Counted from the stretch's first letter, positions 50,316-63,333 are shown. The stretch is 64,000 nucleotides of DNA from an uncultured cyanobacterium (GCA_963697335.1 CAVONQ010000011.1:1-64000), one strand, 5' to 3'. The notes: generated by a model not told the origin, from the letters alone. Program-made: numbers and translations.

Positions 50316-50710
50316 GCCTCGGCAGCAGGCTCGGCGGCGGCAGCCGCAGCGGCCTCTGCCTCAGCTGCCGCAGCGGCCTTGGCCTCAGCGGCCTCGCGGG
50401 CCTCCTTCTTGGCGGCGGCTTCCCTGGCGGCGGCCTGCTTGGCCTGGCCCACCACGACGGAGGAGCGCACGGTCTTGGTGACCAGGCCGCCCCGCTCCAG
50501 CAGGGTCAGCACGGTGGCGGTGGGCTGGGCGCCCTGGGCCAGACGGGCGCGGATCGCCTCGGTGTCGAGGCGGGTTTCCTTGGTGCGCGGGTTGTAGAAG
50601 CCGAGCTCCTCCAGCGGCCGACCATCCCGACGGGAGGTGCTGTTCGTCGCCACGAGGCGGAAGCTCGCTTCCCGCTTCTTGCCGAACCGCTTCAGGCGGA
50701 GCTTGATCAT
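50312..50710 (-). CDS. rpsP: 30S ribosomal protein S16
   Basis: [30 protein letters not shown]. Confidence 0.96.
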   Translation of the reverse strand: MIKLRLKRFGKKREASFRLVATNSTSRRDGRPLEELGFYNPRTKETRLDTEAIRARLAQGAQPTATVLTLLERGGLVTKTVRSSVVVGQAKQAAAREAAAKKEAREAAEAKAAAAAEAEAAAAAAAEPAAEA

Positions 50711-50765
50711 CGGGGCTGTGCCGCTAGGTGTCCAAAGAAGCAATGTACCTCCCGGCGTGACCCCC

Positions 50766-52220
50766 CTACAGCTGACCGAAGCCCTTGCGTTTCTTGGGGG
50801 GTTTGTGGGCCTTGCGGCTGCGGCCAGCGGCAGCCGGCGCCCCCATCCCCGGCATGCCGCCGCCCATGCCCGGGAAGCCCCCCATCCCCGGAAAGCCGCC
50901 CATGCCTGGCATGCCGCCGCCCCGGGTCATCTGTTGCATGAAGCCGCGCATCTTCTGGAAATCGGTCAGCACCTTGTCCACCTCGGCGGGGGTGTGGCCG
51001 CTGCCGGCGGCGATGCGGCGGCGGCGCGAGGGGGTGGAGGCCAGCAGGTCGGGGTTCTCGCGCTCGGCGGCCGTCATCGAGCTGATCATCGCCTCGATCT
51101 TGCCCAGTTGTTCTTCGCCCTGGCGGAGCATGCCGTCGTCGATCTTGTTCATCCCAGGAATCATTTTCATCAGCCCGCCCAGGGAGCCCATGCGCTTGAT
51201 CAGGCGCATCTGCTGCACGAAATCGGAGAAGTCGAAGCTGGCTTCCTGCAGCTTCTGCTGCATGCGCGTCATATCGGCCAGCTCCACCTCCTTCTGGGCT
51301 TTCTCCACCAGGGTGAGCACATCCCCCATGCCGAGGATGCGGCTGGCCATGCGCTCAGGGTGGAAGGGCTGCAGGGCCTCCACCTTCTCGCCGGTGCCGA
51401 TGAACTTGATCGGAGCGCCGCTCACCTTGCGGATCGAGAGGGCTGCACCGCCGCGGGAGTCGCCGTCGAGCTTGGTGAGCACCGCTCCGGTGATGCCCAC
51501 CTGCTCGTGGAAGGCGCGGGTGAGCTCGGCGGCCTCCTGGCCGATCATCGAGTCCACCACCAGCAGCACCTCATCGGGGCTGCAGGCCTCCCTGATCCGC
51601 ACCATCTCCTCCATCATCGAGGCGTCGATCTGGAGACGGCCGGCGGTGTCCACCAGCACCGTGTCGAAGCCTTCGGCCTTCGCCTTGGCGACGCCCGCCG
51701 CCGCGATGGCCTCCGGCCGGGCGTCGGTGCCCAGGCTGAACACCTCCACGCCGATCTGGCCGCCGAGGGTGCGGAGCTGCTCGATGGCCGCAGGTCGGTA
51801 GACATCGGCGCCCACCAGCAGGGCCTTGCGCCCCTGCTCCTTGAGGTGCAGGCCGAGCTTGGCGGTGGCGGTGGTCTTGCCGGCGCCCTGGAGGCCGGCC
51901 ATCAGCACCACGGAGGGAGACTCCGCCGTCCCCCCAGCGGCCAGGGGGGCGTTTTCGCCACCCATCACCTCCACCAGCTGCTCGTGCACCACCTGGATGA
52001 ACTTCTGATCGGGGCTGATGCCCCGCACCACCTCGGCGCCGACGGCCTTGCGGCGCACCTCGTCGACAAAGTCCTTCACCACCGGCAGGCTCACATCGGC
52101 CTCCAGCAGGGCACGGCGCACCTGTTTCAGGGCCCCTTCGACGTTGCCCTCGGTGATGGCCGCCTGGCCCCTCAGGTTCTTGACGGCGTCTTCAAACCGC
52201 TGGGAGAGCTCGTCGAACAT
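50766..52220 (-). CDS. ffh: Signal recognition particle protein
   Basis: [20 protein letters not shown], Met-rich M domain. Confidence 0.97.
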   Translation of the reverse strand: MFDELSQRFEDAVKNLRGQAAITEGNVEGALKQVRRALLEADVSLPVVKDFVDEVRRKAVGAEVVRGISPDQKFIQVVHEQLVEVMGGENAPLAAGGTAESPSVVLMAGLQGAGKTTATAKLGLHLKEQGRKALLVGADVYRPAAIEQLRTLGGQIGVEVFSLGTDARPEAIAAAGVAKAKAEGFDTVLVDTAGRLQIDASMMEEMVRIREACSPDEVLLVVDSMIGQEAAELTRAFHEQVGITGAVLTKLDGDSRGGAALSIRKVSGAPIKFIGTGEKVEALQPFHPERMASRILGMGDVLTLVEKAQKEVELADMTRMQQKLQEASFDFSDFVQQMRLIKRMGSLGGLMKMIPGMNKIDDGMLRQGEEQLGKIEAMISSMTAAERENPDLLASTPSRRRRIAAGSGHTPAEVDKVLTDFQKMRGFMQQMTRGGGMPGMGGFPGMGGFPGMGGGMPGMGAPAAAGRSRKAHKPPKKRKGFGQL

Positions 52221-52300
52221 CGCGGAAACGGCCTGGGAAGGGGAGGGCGCGGGGGCACCGCTGCCACCGATGGTAAAAACCGGCGTGGTTGGCGCTGGCC

Positions 52301-54364
52301 TCAGCGCATGGGGGAGAAGCTCACCACCCGCCAGGTGTCACCGTCGCGGCCGAACACGTAGCGGTTGCGCAGATCGGCCTGGGCCGCCGGGCCGACAGGT
52401 TGGCCGGCGGCGTCGATCGGCTGGGTGCTGTAGCCCAGACTCACCACGGCGGTGATGCGCCTGGGGGAGCGCTCCTCGATCGTGAGGTTGTTCACGGTGG
52501 TGCTGAGCCTGAGGGTCTGCTGCCTGGCGGCCGAGGCGCGGCGCTGTTGCTGCAGGTAGGCGATCTCCCCCTGGCGGGCCATGGAGTCGAGGGGAGCCGG
52601 GCTCTCGCCGCCGGCCAGTACGGCCGCCTTGGCCGCCAGCCAGGTTTCAAGCAGGGCCTGCACCTGGGCCTGGGAGGGTTCCGCCACCCGCAGGGGCACA
52701 GGCAGTGGGGGCTTCGGGGTGGAGGGGGTGGCGGTGGTGGTGGCCGGCGGCGCCGGGGGCTGGGGTGGCGCAACCTCCACCGGGATCGGCATGGTCTGCG
52801 GCCGTGGCCGCAGCAGGGCCCACAGCCCCGCGCCGAGCACTCCGGCCGCCACCACAGCCACCAGCAGGCGGCCGCGGCGACTGCGCGGCAGCCGCAGGCG
52901 CTTGCTGTGCTGCCTCAGGTTGAGGCCCTTGGATCGCCTCCAGCGCGGCAGGGCGACAGCCGGCAGCCGCAGCGAGGGCAAGGCCATGGAGGGCAGAGCC
53001 GCCCGCAGTCGGGCTGTCCAGGACGGCGTGGCCTCGCTGTCCAACCGGCTGCCGTGATCGCGATCGCTCTCCAGGTCCAGCGACGGGTCGAGCTCAGACC
53101 ACTGACCCTCCAGGCCGTCCTGGGCCGTAGGGCTGTCCGGCCAGCCGGCCGGGCTGAACAGGTCGCCGGTGGGGGGATCGGCCCGGATCAGCGGGGGTGG
53201 CATCCGTTCGATGAAGGCCTGAACATCGCGGTCGGCGAAGTAGGCCTCCAGGTCGGGGTCGGCCTCCAGGTCGCGGTAACCGCGCAACACGTCTCCCTTG
53301 AGCCAGTCGCGGCAGTAGTCGCACAGCTGGGCCAGGGGATCGCCGCTGCGCTGCTCGGCCCACTCCTTCAGGCTGGCGTCCTGACCGGCGCCACGCTTGA
53401 ACGCCTGCTGGGCGGCCTCCACCTGGCCCAGCAGCAGATGCAGGCAGGCCAGCAGGGGCTGGATGCCGTCCTCTCCCGAGACCTCCAGCCGCTGCATGGC
53501 CGCGGCGATCCGCTCCGGTTTGCGCTGGGCGAAGCCGGAGGCGGTGAGGGCGGTGCTGGCCAGGAAGTCGGCCACGGCCGACTGATCGGCCCAGCGGCTG
53601 AACAGGTCCACCTGCTCCTGCACGGTGAGGTAGCCACGGATCTGCAGAAAGAAGGCCTGGAACTCCTGGGGACTCATGCCCGCCGAACTGGTTCCCTCGA
53701 GGCCGCCCCGTTCCTGCACCAGCTCCTCCAGCAGCTTCAGGCCCTCGGCGCGCTCGTCGGCGGCGGAGAGGCTGCGGCTGAGCAGGTCAAGCACGCGGAA
53801 GGGCCGCAGCAGGGCGAGCTCCTCGGCCACCTGCTGCCGCAGGGCCGGGTGCTGGCCCATGCGCTGCAGCAACTGCAGGCCGTCGCGCAGGGTGAGGGCG
53901 GCGGCCTCGTAGCGCCGCTGCCGCTGCAGCTCGGCACCGCTGGCCAGGCAGGCCAGGCCGGCCAGCAGGCTGAGGTCGCTCTCACGGCCGCTGCCGAGGG
54001 TGGGGGCCTGGGGGGGCTGCAGCAGGCGCCGCGCCAGGCTGAAGCACTCCAGCGGTTGATCAGCTTCCAGCAGCAGCAGCAGGCCGCCCAGCTCCCGGCT
54101 GGTGGGAATCTCCAGGCCCGCCTGCAGGGACTGGTCGTCGCCGCCCAGGGCGGTGAGTGCTGACTCGTAGGCCTCCCGGCGGGGGGAGTCGGTGAGCAGA
54201 TCGGCGCTCAGCCGCAGCAGGGCTTCGCGGGCCTGCAGGGTCTCGGTGGTGAAGCCCTGCTCCGGCACCCGGTTGAGGCGCTGCTCCAGGGCCCGCAGCA
54301 CGGACTGGGCATCCGTGGTCGGGCTGACACCGAGCAACCGGAAGTGATCGATCGGCAGTTCCAA
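52301..54364 (-). CDS. ftn2: Cell division protein Ftn2/ZipN (ARC6-like, IMS domain)
   Basis: [12 protein letters not shown]-like domain, [15 protein letters not shown], one TM segment, and C-terminal WLAAKA..Y.F.R.G..W. Confidence 0.85.
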   Translation of the reverse strand: MELPIDHFRLLGVSPTTDAQSVLRALEQRLNRVPEQGFTTETLQAREALLRLSADLLTDSPRREAYESALTALGGDDQSLQAGLEIPTSRELGGLLLLLEADQPLECFSLARRLLQPPQAPTLGSGRESDLSLLAGLACLASGAELQRQRRYEAAALTLRDGLQLLQRMGQHPALRQQVAEELALLRPFRVLDLLSRSLSAADERAEGLKLLEELVQERGGLEGTSSAGMSPQEFQAFFLQIRGYLTVQEQVDLFSRWADQSAVADFLASTALTASGFAQRKPERIAAAMQRLEVSGEDGIQPLLACLHLLLGQVEAAQQAFKRGAGQDASLKEWAEQRSGDPLAQLCDYCRDWLKGDVLRGYRDLEADPDLEAYFADRDVQAFIERMPPPLIRADPPTGDLFSPAGWPDSPTAQDGLEGQWSELDPSLDLESDRDHGSRLDSEATPSWTARLRAALPSMALPSLRLPAVALPRWRRSKGLNLRQHSKRLRLPRSRRGRLLVAVVAAGVLGAGLWALLRPRPQTMPIPVEVAPPQPPAPPATTTATPSTPKPPLPVPLRVAEPSQAQVQALLETWLAAKAAVLAGGESPAPLDSMARQGEIAYLQQQRRASAARQQTLRLSTTVNNLTIEERSPRRITAVVSLGYSTQPIDAAGQPVGPAAQADLRNRYVFGRDGDTWRVVSFSPMR

Positions 54365-54502
54365 CCCGAGCTGGCCGCAGTGGCTGACTGTAGACAGGGA
54401 CTCCGGTTTTGGCAGCGACTCGAACACTTCCTGGGCCCAGACCCCGTACAGTTCACTCCAGGATCCGGCGTTGCCCCTGGCCCGCTTGACGAGCTCTTCC
54501 CC

Positions 54503-55633
54503 ATGACCCAGGCAGACACCAGTCGCAACATCACGGCGGCCTCCGGCCTGGCCGACTCCGGGGTTCCGGGCTGTTCCGCCGAGTCCACCCACGTGGCGGG
54601 TCCCCACGCTGAGCGCCTGGAGAACCTCTATCCGGCCACCCCCGCCACGGTGACGCGGGAGGAAGGGCTGATGCTCTACCGCGACATGACCCTCGGCCGT
54701 CGCTTCGAGGACAAGTGCGCGGAGATGTACTACCGCGGCAAGATGTTTGGCTTCGTGCACCTCTACAACGGCCAGGAGGCCGTCAGCACGGGCGTGATCA
54801 AGGCGATGAAGGCCCAGCACGACTGGTTCTGCAGCACCTACCGCGACCACGTCCATGCCCTCAGCTGCGGCGTGCCGGCCCGGGAGGTGATGAGCGAACT
54901 GTTCGGCAAGGAAACCGGCTGCAGCAAGGGCAGGGGCGGCTCGATGCACCTGTTCTCCCGCGAGCACCATCTCCTGGGCGGCTACGCCTTCATCGGCGAA
55001 GGCATCCCCGTGGCCCTCGGGGCCGCCTTCACCAGCCGCTACAAGCGCGATGCCCTCGGCGATGCCGGCAGTGATTCCGTCACGGCGGCCTTTTTTGGCG
55101 ACGGCACCTGCAACATCGGCCAGTTCTACGAGTGCCTGAACATGGCCTCGCTCTGGAAGCTGCCGATCCTGTTCGTGGTGGAAAACAACAAGTGGGCCAT
55201 CGGCATGGACCACAACCGCGCCACCAGCGACCCCGAGATCTGGCGCAAGGCCGCCTCCTTCGGCATGGCCGGTGAAGAGGTGGACGGCATGGATGTGCTG
55301 GCGGTGCGGGCGGCCGCCCAGCGGGCGGTTCAGCGGGCCCGCGCCGGCGAGGGTCCCACCCTGCTGGAGTGCCTCACTTACCGCTACCGGGGCCACTCCC
55401 TGGCCGACCCGGATGAGTTGCGGGCTGAGGCCGAGAAGGCCTTCTGGGCCAAGCGCGACCCGATCAAACGCCTCGCAGGCCAGCTGGTGGAGCAGCAACT
55501 GGCCACGGCCGAGGAACTCAAGGCCATCGAAAAGGAGATCGACGCCGAGATCAGCGACTGCGTTTCGTTCGCCCTGGCGGCACCGGAACCCAACCCCGAA
55601 GAGCTCACCCGCTACATCTGGGCCGAGAACTGA
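54503..55633 (+). CDS. pdhA: Pyruvate dehydrogenase E1 alpha subunit
   Basis: [21 protein letters not shown]...[13 protein letters not shown]. Confidence 0.96.
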   Translation: MTQADTSRNITAASGLADSGVPGCSAESTHVAGPHAERLENLYPATPATVTREEGLMLYRDMTLGRRFEDKCAEMYYRGKMFGFVHLYNGQEAVSTGVIKAMKAQHDWFCSTYRDHVHALSCGVPAREVMSELFGKETGCSKGRGGSMHLFSREHHLLGGYAFIGEGIPVALGAAFTSRYKRDALGDAGSDSVTAAFFGDGTCNIGQFYECLNMASLWKLPILFVVENNKWAIGMDHNRATSDPEIWRKAASFGMAGEEVDGMDVLAVRAAAQRAVQRARAGEGPTLLECLTYRYRGHSLADPDELRAEAEKAFWAKRDPIKRLAGQLVEQQLATAEELKAIEKEIDAEISDCVSFALAAPEPNPEELTRYIWAEN

Positions 55634-55660
55634 GCTGCCCAGCGCTGAGTTGCCGAGCAG

Positions 55661-56584
55661 TCAACAGCCCTGGAGCCCGTGCAGCCTGGCTTGCTCGGCC
55701 GCGGCCCGGAACACCAGGCTGTGGCGCTCCACCAGCTCCGGCAGGCTGCCGTAGCCGCCGCCGATCACGCTGGCCACCGGGATGCTCCGGCGCAGGCAGG
55801 CGTCGAACACGAGGCGATCACGATTGAGCAGGCCTGCGTCACTGAGGCAGAGCTTGCCCAGCCGATCATCGCGGTGGGGGTCGACCCCAGCGTTGTAGAG
55901 CACCAGCTCCGGGCGCCATTGATCCAGCAGATCGGGCAACACATCGCCCACGGCCTGGAGATAATCGCGATCCTCCAGGCCATCGGCCAGGGGGATGTCG
56001 AGGTCGCTGGTCTGCTTGCGCAGGGGGAAGTTGCTGGCTGCGTGGGCGGAAAGGGTGAACACCCTGGGCTCGCCGGCGAAGATGGCCGCGGTGGCGTCGC
56101 CCTGGTGCACATCCAGATCCACCACCATCAGGCGCCGCACCAGGCCTTCCGCCAGCAGCACCCGGGCCGTCACGGCCACGTCGTTGAAGATGCAGAAGCC
56201 GCTGCCCTGGGTGGGGAACGCATGGTGGGTGCCACCCGCCAGGTGGCAGGCCACGCCATGGCGCAGGGCCAGCCGCGCCGTCAGCAGGGTGCCCCCCACC
56301 GACAGCCAGGTGCGGCGCACCAGGGGCGTGGTGGCGGGCAGGCCGATGCGGCGCTGGTCGGCCCTGGGGAGCTCACCGCGGGCGAAGGCCTGGTGATAGC
56401 CGCGGGGATGCACCAGCTCCAGGCTGCGGCGGGGGATGGGCAGCGGTTGGCGCAGGTTGGCGGCCGGGGCCAGATCCAGGGCCCTCAGGCGCTCGAACAG
56501 CAACCTGAATTTGGCCATCGGAAAGCGATGGCTGCTGGGCAGCGGGGCCGAGTAGGCGGGGTGATAGACGAGTGGCGGAAGCAC
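55661..56584 (-). CDS. Histone deacetylase family protein
   Basis: HRFPM.KF, GGTHHA, GFCIFND, DLDVHQGD, GGGY. Confidence 0.92.
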   Translation of the reverse strand: MLPPLVYHPAYSAPLPSSHRFPMAKFRLLFERLRALDLAPAANLRQPLPIPRRSLELVHPRGYHQAFARGELPRADQRRIGLPATTPLVRRTWLSVGGTLLTARLALRHGVACHLAGGTHHAFPTQGSGFCIFNDVAVTARVLLAEGLVRRLMVVDLDVHQGDATAAIFAGEPRVFTLSAHAASNFPLRKQTSDLDIPLADGLEDRDYLQAVGDVLPDLLDQWRPELVLYNAGVDPHRDDRLGKLCLSDAGLLNRDRLVFDACLRRSIPVASVIGGGYGSLPELVERHSLVFRAAAEQARLHGLQGC

Positions 56585-56616
56585 CCTGCCGGTTCAGCCA
56601 GGCGTGGACGGCCTTT

Positions 56617-57576
56617 CTAGGGGCTGCTGGGGGTGCGGCGGGTGAGATTGCGCAGCTTGCGCAGGGCCTTGAGCTCCACCTGGCGCACCCGCTCGCGCGA
56701 CACATCCAGCTGGCGGCCGATCTCCGCCAGGGTGTGACGTTCATAACCCTCCAGCCCGAAGCGCAGCTGCAGCACCTGGCGCTCCTGGTCTCCCAGCTGG
56801 TTCAGCCACTGCTCAAGCTGCTCCTGGTTGAGGCCCCGCTCGACCCGGTCGAGGGGCTCCTCCTCGCTGGAATCGGCGATCAGATCGCCCAGAAAACTCC
56901 TGCCCTCGTCGCCGTTCACCGGGGCGTCGAGGCTGGAGGTGGTGAGGGACTGGCGCAACAGGCCGTCGAGTTCGTCGAGGGGCATGGCCATCGCCTCGGC
57001 GATCTCCTGGCGGCTGGGCATGGCCCCGAGCTTGTGGGCCAGCTCCAGGCTCACCTTGCGGATCGCACTCAGTCGCTCACTGAGGTGCACCGGCAGCCGG
57101 ATCGTGCGCGACTGGCAGGCGATGGCCCGGGTCATGCTCTGGCGAATCCACCAGAAGGCATAGGTGGAAAATTTATAGCCGCGGGTGGGGTCGAATTTTT
57201 CCACCGCTCGCTCGAGGCCCAGGGATCCCTCCTGAATCAGATCGAGCAGTTCCAGGCCCTTGCCCTGGTATTTCTTGGCCACGCTCACCACGAGGCGAAG
57301 ATTCGCCTTCATCATGCGCTGCTTGGACCGCTGACCCACTCGCAGCAGCTTTTTGTCGTGCTCGGTATAGCTGGCTGCATCGCTCTCCAGCAGCCGCATC
57401 AAGACCTGCACCTGGTTGCCCAGCTCGATCTCCTCCGCCGGCGTCAGCAGGGGCTCACGACCGATGCTGGTCAGATACCAACTGATCGGGTCGCTGCTGC
57501 GCTTGCGGCTGTGATCACTGGCCCTTTGGGTGGTGGCGTTCATCAGGACGGCCAGTGGCGGGAGTTGACTATCCAC
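56617..57576 (-). CDS. Group 2 sigma-70 factor
   Basis: ANLRLVVSVAKKY, DLIQEG, YKFSTYAFWWIRQ, SRERVRQ. No region 1.1. Confidence 0.92.
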   Translation of the reverse strand: MDSQLPPLAVLMNATTQRASDHSRKRSSDPISWYLTSIGREPLLTPAEEIELGNQVQVLMRLLESDAASYTEHDKKLLRVGQRSKQRMMKANLRLVVSVAKKYQGKGLELLDLIQEGSLGLERAVEKFDPTRGYKFSTYAFWWIRQSMTRAIACQSRTIRLPVHLSERLSAIRKVSLELAHKLGAMPSRQEIAEAMAMPLDELDGLLRQSLTTSSLDAPVNGDEGRSFLGDLIADSSEEEPLDRVERGLNQEQLEQWLNQLGDQERQVLQLRFGLEGYERHTLAEIGRQLDVSRERVRQVELKALRKLRNLTRRTPSSP

Positions 57577-57597
57577 GGCTAATGGGTTGATCCGGTG

Positions 57598-59264
57598 TCA
57601 TTTCAGTAACCCTTTAGGTTTTGCTTGCAAAACCACATGGTTGTTGTGGCCGCCTGGTGTCGGATCGAGGCCCGCCAGGGCTGAGGCGATCGCCATCGGT
57701 GTGCAGTGGCCGGGACCAGCGCCTGCTCGCACCTCCAGACCCGCCTGGGCGTGGGCCAGGGCGGCCGCCGCCAGCAGGGCTGGGTCCGCCTGGCCGCTGG
57801 CGGCCATGGCCTGGGCGCCCAGGCCGGCGCAGTAGCCCGCCAGCACGTCCCCGAGGCCGGCGCGGGCCGCCCGGGGCTCAGCCTCGTCCAGCTGCCAGCG
57901 GCGCCCATCGGCGGCGGCCACCACGCTGCGGGCTCCCTTCAGCACCAGGCCCACGCCCGCCTCGCCGGCGGCCCGGCCAGCGGCCTCCAGGGGCGGCAGC
58001 GCCGACCACTGGGGGAAGAGGCGCTCGAACTCCGCCGCATGGGGGGTGAGCCAGGTGGGGCCCTGGCGAAGGCTCAGCCAGGCCGCCGCGCTGCAGCCCA
58101 GGCCCGGGGCCACCGCCAGAGCCAGACGGTTCAGCCCGTCGGCATCCAGCACGAGCAGGCCGGGCAAGCGCTGCAGCCGCTGCCACACCTCCAGCTCGCG
58201 GGCTGCCCCGAGGCCGGCTGCGGCTGGCTCCCCAGCCCCGGCCCCAGCAGCAGGGCATCCAGGCGTTCCAGGGCGGCTTCGGGGAGGTCAGCCAGGCGGA
58301 GGTGGCCCGCCGGGTCGCAGGCCAGCTCGGCGCTCACCACCACGTGGGGCGCCCTGGCCACCAGCTGTGCTCCCACGCCGGCCGCTCCGGCCAGGCGCAC
58401 ACTGCCGCAGCCGCTGGCGCTGGCCCCCGCCACCGCCAGGTGCGCGGCGCCCTGGAAGCGGGCACTGCCGGCCAGCAGCAGCAGCCGCCCCCGGCCGTAC
58501 TTGCCCGCTGCCGCCTCGATCCGGGGCCAGGGCGCGGTGGCCAGATCGGCGGCAGCCAGCAGCAGCGGCGGGCTGGTGGGCAGGGCGTCCAGCGCCTGGG
58601 GGGCCAGCCCCAGGTCGATGCGCTCCAGCCGGCCCACCCAGGGCAGGGCGGCATCCTGCACCAGGCCCTGCTTGATCAGCCCCACCGTGCAGGTGTGCAT
58701 GGCCCTAGCCGCCACGGCGCCGAGACAACGCCCCGTGTCGCTGCACAGTCCGGTGGGCACATCCAGGGCCACCAGACCCCCGGGGCCCTGCTGCTGCCGC
58801 TGCTTCAGCAGGTTTTCGAGCTCGGCGCCTGGGGGGCGGCTCTGGTTGAGGCCCAGCAGGGCATCGATCCAGAGGCTGGCCGCGGCGGGGTCCGGGGGAC
58901 CGGCCAGAGCAGGGATGCCCAGCCAGTGGGCATGGCGGCGGTGGGCGCCGGTGAGGGGCTTGCAGCGCTCGAAGGGGCACCACAGCTGCACGGCGATGCC
59001 GGCCAGGTGGAGTTCCCGCGCCACCACCAGCCCATCGCCGCCGTTGTGGCCAGGCCCCACCAGCACCAGGGCCCCGCAGGCCATCAGCCGGGGCCCGTGC
59101 CGTTGCAGCAGCCGCTGGCTGAGGGCCAGGCCGGCCTTCTCCATCAGCGCCTCCACCGGCAGGCCGCTGTCGAACAGCCTGTGTTCCACGGCGGCCATCT
59201 GGGCGCCGCTCACCAGCAGGTGCCCGGCGTCGCGGGCCGGCCAGGGGGTGGGGCTGGGGGTCAC
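57598..59264 (-). CDS. nnr: Bifunctional NAD(P)H-hydrate epimerase/dehydratase (frameshift near 58200)
   Basis: [50 protein letters not shown]. Confidence 0.88.
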
Positions 59265-59319
59265 GGCAGGCGACGGGGCATCGCTTCATGATGGGAGCAA
59301 TCACGCCATTCGCCCTGCC

Positions 59320-60513
59320 TTGCTGAGCTCCGCCCCTGCCGCCACCGAGCCCGGTGCCGCCCCTCAGGCCGGGGCTGCCACCGAGGCCGGTGCCCAGGCC
59401 CTGGAGCGCCTGCGGGCCTGGCCCGGGGAACACCGCGTGGCCGTGGGGCTTTCCGGCGGGGTGGACAGCTCCCTCACGGCGGCGCTGCTGGTGGAGGCGG
59501 GCTGGCAGGTGGAGGGGCTCACCCTCTGGCTGATGAGCGGCAAGGGGGCCTGCTGCGCCGAGGGGCTGGTGGATGCCGCCGGCCTCTGTGAGCAGCTGGG
59601 GGTGCCCCACCACGTGGTGGATTCCCGCGAGCAGTTCCGTGCCCGGATCGTCGACTTTCTGGTGGAGGGCTACGCCGCCGGTGTGACGCCCCTGCCCTGC
59701 TCCCGCTGCAACCGGGAGGTGAAGTTCGGCCCGATGCTCGCCTGGGCCCGGGAGCAGCGCGGCCTGGAGCGCCTGGCCACGGGTCACTACGCCCGTGTCC
59801 GCCCGGCCAGCGGCGGCGGCCGGGATCAGCTGCTGCGGGGCCTGGACCGCCACAAGGACCAGAGCTACTTCCTCTACGACCTGCCCCAGGAGGTGCTCTC
59901 CCGGCTGGTGTTTCCCCTCGGTGAGCTCACCAAGCCCGACACCCGGCTCGAGGCCGCGCACCACGGCCTGCGCACCGCCGCCAAGCCCGAGAGCCAGGAC
60001 CTCTGCCTGGCCGACCACCACGGCTCGATGCGGGCCTTCCTCGATGCCTACCTGCCGCCGCGCCAGGGCGAGATCGTGCTCGCAGACGGCCGGGTGCTGG
60101 GCCACCACGATGGCCTGGAGCACTTCACCATCGGCCAGCGCAAGGGGCTGGGGGTGGCCTGGAGCGAACCCTTGCACGTGGTGCGTCTCGATGGCGCCCT
60201 GAACCGGGTGGTGGTGGCGCCCCGCTCCGAGGCGGCCCGCCCCGACTGTGTGGTGGGCGCGGTGAACTGGGTGTCGATCGAGCCGCCCCAGCAGCCCCTG
60301 GAGGTGGAGGTGCAGGTGCGCTACCGCAGCGCCCCGGAGCCGGCCCTGCTCACTCCCCTGGAGCCCACCGAGGCCGATGGGGCGGCGGGCCGTCCGTACC
60401 GGGTGCAGCTGCGTTTCGCCGAGGAGCAGTTCTCGATCACCCCGGGCCAGGCCGCGGTGTTCTATGCCGGCGACGTGCTGCTCGGTGGCGGGCTGATCCA
60501 GGCGTCCCCTTAA
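59320..60513 (+). CDS. mnmA: tRNA 2-thiouridylase
   Basis: [48 protein letters not shown]. Confidence 0.95.
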   Translation: MLSSAPAATEPGAAPQAGAATEAGAQALERLRAWPGEHRVAVGLSGGVDSSLTAALLVEAGWQVEGLTLWLMSGKGACCAEGLVDAAGLCEQLGVPHHVVDSREQFRARIVDFLVEGYAAGVTPLPCSRCNREVKFGPMLAWAREQRGLERLATGHYARVRPASGGGRDQLLRGLDRHKDQSYFLYDLPQEVLSRLVFPLGELTKPDTRLEAAHHGLRTAAKPESQDLCLADHHGSMRAFLDAYLPPRQGEIVLADGRVLGHHDGLEHFTIGQRKGLGVAWSEPLHVVRLDGALNRVVVAPRSEAARPDCVVGAVNWVSIEPPQQPLEVEVQVRYRSAPEPALLTPLEPTEADGAAGRPYRVQLRFAEEQFSITPGQAAVFYAGDVLLGGGLIQASP

Positions 60514-60539
60514 CAGAATCCCCTTGACCAGCCCTCACC

Positions 60540-60785
60540 TCACCAGTAGGGATCGCTGGCCAGTTCCACCGTGAGCGAGCCGGTGCGGCTGGGGGGCACT
60601 GTGGCGATGCAGGCCCGCACCACCCGGCCGTTCACCTCGATTTCGCAGGCGCCGCAGCTTCCCCCCAGGCAGCCGGTGGGGATGGTCACGCCGGCCTCCG
60701 CGGCCGCCACCAGCCAGGAGCTGCCGCTGGTCACCTGGCTGGTGTGGCCGTTGGGCCAGTGCAGGCGAACCGGAGTGGCACTCAT
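60540..60785 (-). CDS. 2Fe-2S cluster-binding protein
   Basis: IPTGCLGGSCGAC...RAC. Confidence 0.85.
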   Translation of the reverse strand: MSATPVRLHWPNGHTSQVTSGSSWLVAAAEAGVTIPTGCLGGSCGACEIEVNGRVVRACIATVPPSRTGSLTVELASDPYW

Positions 60786-62338
60786 CAGGGGCGAAGCAGG
60801 GGGGTGAGGTTCACGTGGGCCTCGAAGGCATCGGCCAGGCGATCGAGCAGGGCGTCGCGTTGCTGGGCGTGGTCGCCCTGATGTTCGCTCAGCGGGGGCT
60901 GTCCCCGGCGCTGGCGCAGCTGGTTGAGCCAGCGCCGCCGCCAGGGGCCGCTGTCGAACACCCCGTGCAGGTAGGTGCCGGCCACGCTGCCGCCCCGCTC
61001 TCCGATGGGCCGCCACCATCCCAGGCCGGCCTCGGAGGCGAGGGGCTGGGTGGCCAGGGGCTGGGTGGCGGCTGGCTCGCCCTCCCGTCCTGTGGCCAGC
61101 AGCTCGGTGTGGCCGCGGTGCAGCTCAAAGCCGCGCAGCTCCAGCGGCGACCCGGGCGGCCAGAGGGCCAGGCAGTGCCGCTGGCGTAGGGCCTTGGCCT
61201 CGCCGTAGACGGTGCGCAGCGGCAGCAGGCCAAGGCCCGGCTGCTCCGCCCCCGCTCCCCCCTCGCCCTCCAGGCCGCCGGGATCGCCCAGCACGCGCCC
61301 CAGCATCTGCAGGCCGCCGCAGAGGCCGAACAGGTGGCCGCCGCTGCTCACATAGGCCGCCAGCCGCTCGCCCCAGCCGTGGCGCCGCAGCACCGCCAGA
61401 TCCCGCAGGGTCTGCTTGCTGCCGGGCAGGATCAGGGCATCGGGCTGGCCGAGCTCCTCGCCGGGCTGCAGCCAGCGCAGCTGCAGGCTGGGCTCGGCCT
61501 CGAGCGGATCGAGGTCGGAGAAGTTGCTGAGGGAGGGCAGGCGCAGCACGGCGATCTCCAGCTCGGCCCGGCCCCTGCTGCCGCGACGCTCCAGCAGATC
61601 GAGGGAGTCTTCCGGTGGAAACAGCTCATCCAGCCAGGGCATCACCCCCAGCACGGGCACACCGGTGTGCTCCTGCAGCCAGGTCCTGCCGGCGTCAAAG
61701 AGTTCGCGCCGGCCGCGGAAGCGATTGATCAGCAGCCCCCGGATCAGGGGACGCTGCACCGGCGTGAGCAGCTGCAGGGTGCCCACCAGCTGGGCGAACA
61801 CCCCGCCCCGTTCGATGTCCGCCACCAGCAGGCAGCGGGCCCGCAGGAACTGGGCCAGCCGCAGGTTGGTGAGGTCGCGGGCCTGCAGGTTCACCTCCAC
61901 GGGGCTGCCGGCCCCTTCCAGCACCAGCCGGCCGCCGGCATGGCTGGCCTGCAGGGTCTCGAGCCCCGCCCGGATGGCGGCCCAGCCGGGGCGAAACCAG
62001 TCGCGGTAGTAGTGCTCGGCCCGGGCCGTTCCCACCGAGCGGCCCAGGTGAATCACCTCGCTGGTGCTGTCGCCCTGGGGCTTGAGCAGCACGGGATTCA
62101 TGCTGCAGTGGGGCTCCAGCCCCGCCGCCCAGGCCTGCAGCGCCTGGGAGTAGGCCATCTCACCGCCGCCGCCATCCACCCAGGCGTTGTTGCTCATGTT
62201 CTGACCCTTGAAGGGCAGCGGCTGCTCGCCGCGGCGGCGCAGCACCCGGCAGAGGGCGGCCGTCATCAGCGACTTGCCGGCGCCGCTGCTGGTGCCCAGC
62301 ACCATCAACGGCCTGGGCGCGAGGGCCGGATCCCTCAC
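60785..62338 (-). CDS. cobQ: Cobyric acid synthase
   Basis: [47 protein letters not shown]. Confidence 0.95.
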   Translation of the reverse strand: MRDPALAPRPLMVLGTSSGAGKSLMTAALCRVLRRRGEQPLPFKGQNMSNNAWVDGGGGEMAYSQALQAWAAGLEPHCSMNPVLLKPQGDSTSEVIHLGRSVGTARAEHYYRDWFRPGWAAIRAGLETLQASHAGGRLVLEGAGSPVEVNLQARDLTNLRLAQFLRARCLLVADIERGGVFAQLVGTLQLLTPVQRPLIRGLLINRFRGRRELFDAGRTWLQEHTGVPVLGVMPWLDELFPPEDSLDLLERRGSRGRAELEIAVLRLPSLSNFSDLDPLEAEPSLQLRWLQPGEELGQPDALILPGSKQTLRDLAVLRRHGWGERLAAYVSSGGHLFGLCGGLQMLGRVLGDPGGLEGEGGAGAEQPGLGLLPLRTVYGEAKALRQRHCLALWPPGSPLELRGFELHRGHTELLATGREGEPAATQPLATQPLASEAGLGWWRPIGERGGSVAGTYLHGVFDSGPWRRRWLNQLRQRRGQPPLSEHQGDHAQQRDALLDRLADAFEAHVNLTPLLRP

Positions 62339-62709
62339 AGGCGCGGCCGGCTGCGCCGCAGCTGGTGCTGCAGGCGCTCCACCAGGGGCGCCGTGGGAAT
62401 CGCGCCGGGCCACTGCTCCAGCAGGTCGCGCCCCATGGGGGTGAGGCGCACCCGCTCGGTGAGTCCCTGGCCGTCCACCTCCCGGCGCAGCACCCCCACC
62501 TGGATCAGCCAGGTCCAGTGGGCCTCCACCCTCTCGCTGCCCAGGCTGCGGGTGCAGTGCTGGCTGGCATCGGGGCGGCGGCAGAAGGCGCCGCTGCTGA
62601 GGGGGGTGGCGGCCACCAGCTCATAGAACGAGCGCCGGAACGGCAGGCAGCGCATCGCCTGGGAAGCCCGGGCCCAGGAGCGGGCCTGGAGGTGAGGCTG
62701 TCCTTTCAT
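62335..62709 (-). CDS. Npun_F0494-family protein
   Basis: [24 protein letters not shown]. Confidence 0.8.
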   Translation of the reverse strand: MKGQPHLQARSWARASQAMRCLPFRRSFYELVAATPLSSGAFCRRPDASQHCTRSLGSERVEAHWTWLIQVGVLRREVDGQGLTERVRLTPMGRDLLEQWPGAIPTAPLVERLQHQLRRSRPRL

Positions 62710-62739
62710 GGGGCGATTCTCCCTGACTCGACAACCCAG

Positions 62740-63333
62740 ATGCTGGTGCTTGCCTCCGCCTCCCCAGCCCGGCGTCGCCTGCTGCAGCAGGCCGCCATCC
62801 CCCACCTGGTGCGGGTGAGCGGGGTGGAGGAGGAGGCGTTTGCTGATGCCGACCCCCGGCAGCTGGTGCGCCAGCTGGCCCAGGCGAAGGCGGAAGCGGT
62901 GCTGGCAGAGCTGGAGGCTGAGACGGCGGCAGCCTGGCCGCAGGGGCCTGGGGTGCTGGGCTGTGATTCGCTGCTGGTGTTTGCCGGGGAGACCTTTGGC
63001 AAGCCGCGCGATGCCGAGCAGGCCAGAGCCCGCTGGCGCCGCATGAGCGGCAGTTGGGCCGAGCTGCACACCGGCCACTGCCTCCTGGTCCCGCAGCGGC
63101 CGTCCTTGCAGGAGGTGGTGACCACCCGGGTGCGGTTTGCGGCTGTGGACGACGGGGCCATCGCCGCCTACGTGGCCAGCGGGGAGCCGCTGCAATGCGC
63201 TGGGGGGTTTGCCCTCGAGGGTCGGGGCGGGCTGCTGGTGGAGCGGATCGAAGGCTGTTACAGCAATGTGATCGGCCTCAGCCTGCCCCTGCTGCGCCGC
63301 TGGCTCCAGGACGCCCGCTTCAGCGATCACTGA
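62740..63333 (+). CDS. maf: Maf nucleoside triphosphate pyrophosphatase
   Basis: [28 protein letters not shown]. Confidence 0.92.
   Translation: MLVLASASPARRRLLQQAAIPHLVRVSGVEEEAFADADPRQLVRQLAQAKAEAVLAELEAETAAAWPQGPGVLGCDSLLVFAGETFGKPRDAEQARARWRRMSGSWAELHTGHCLLVPQRPSLQEVVTTRVRFAAVDDGAIAAYVASGEPLQCAGGFALEGRGGLLVERIEGCYSNVIGLSLPLLRRWLQDARFSDH

Noticed and set aside
61041..61070. 15-nt tandem duplication in cobQ (ATQPL twice), a similar duplication in the mnmA N-terminus (about 59337-59395), and GMGGFP repeats in ffh
   Set aside because: These are in-frame low-complexity linker duplications with no sign of a special function.
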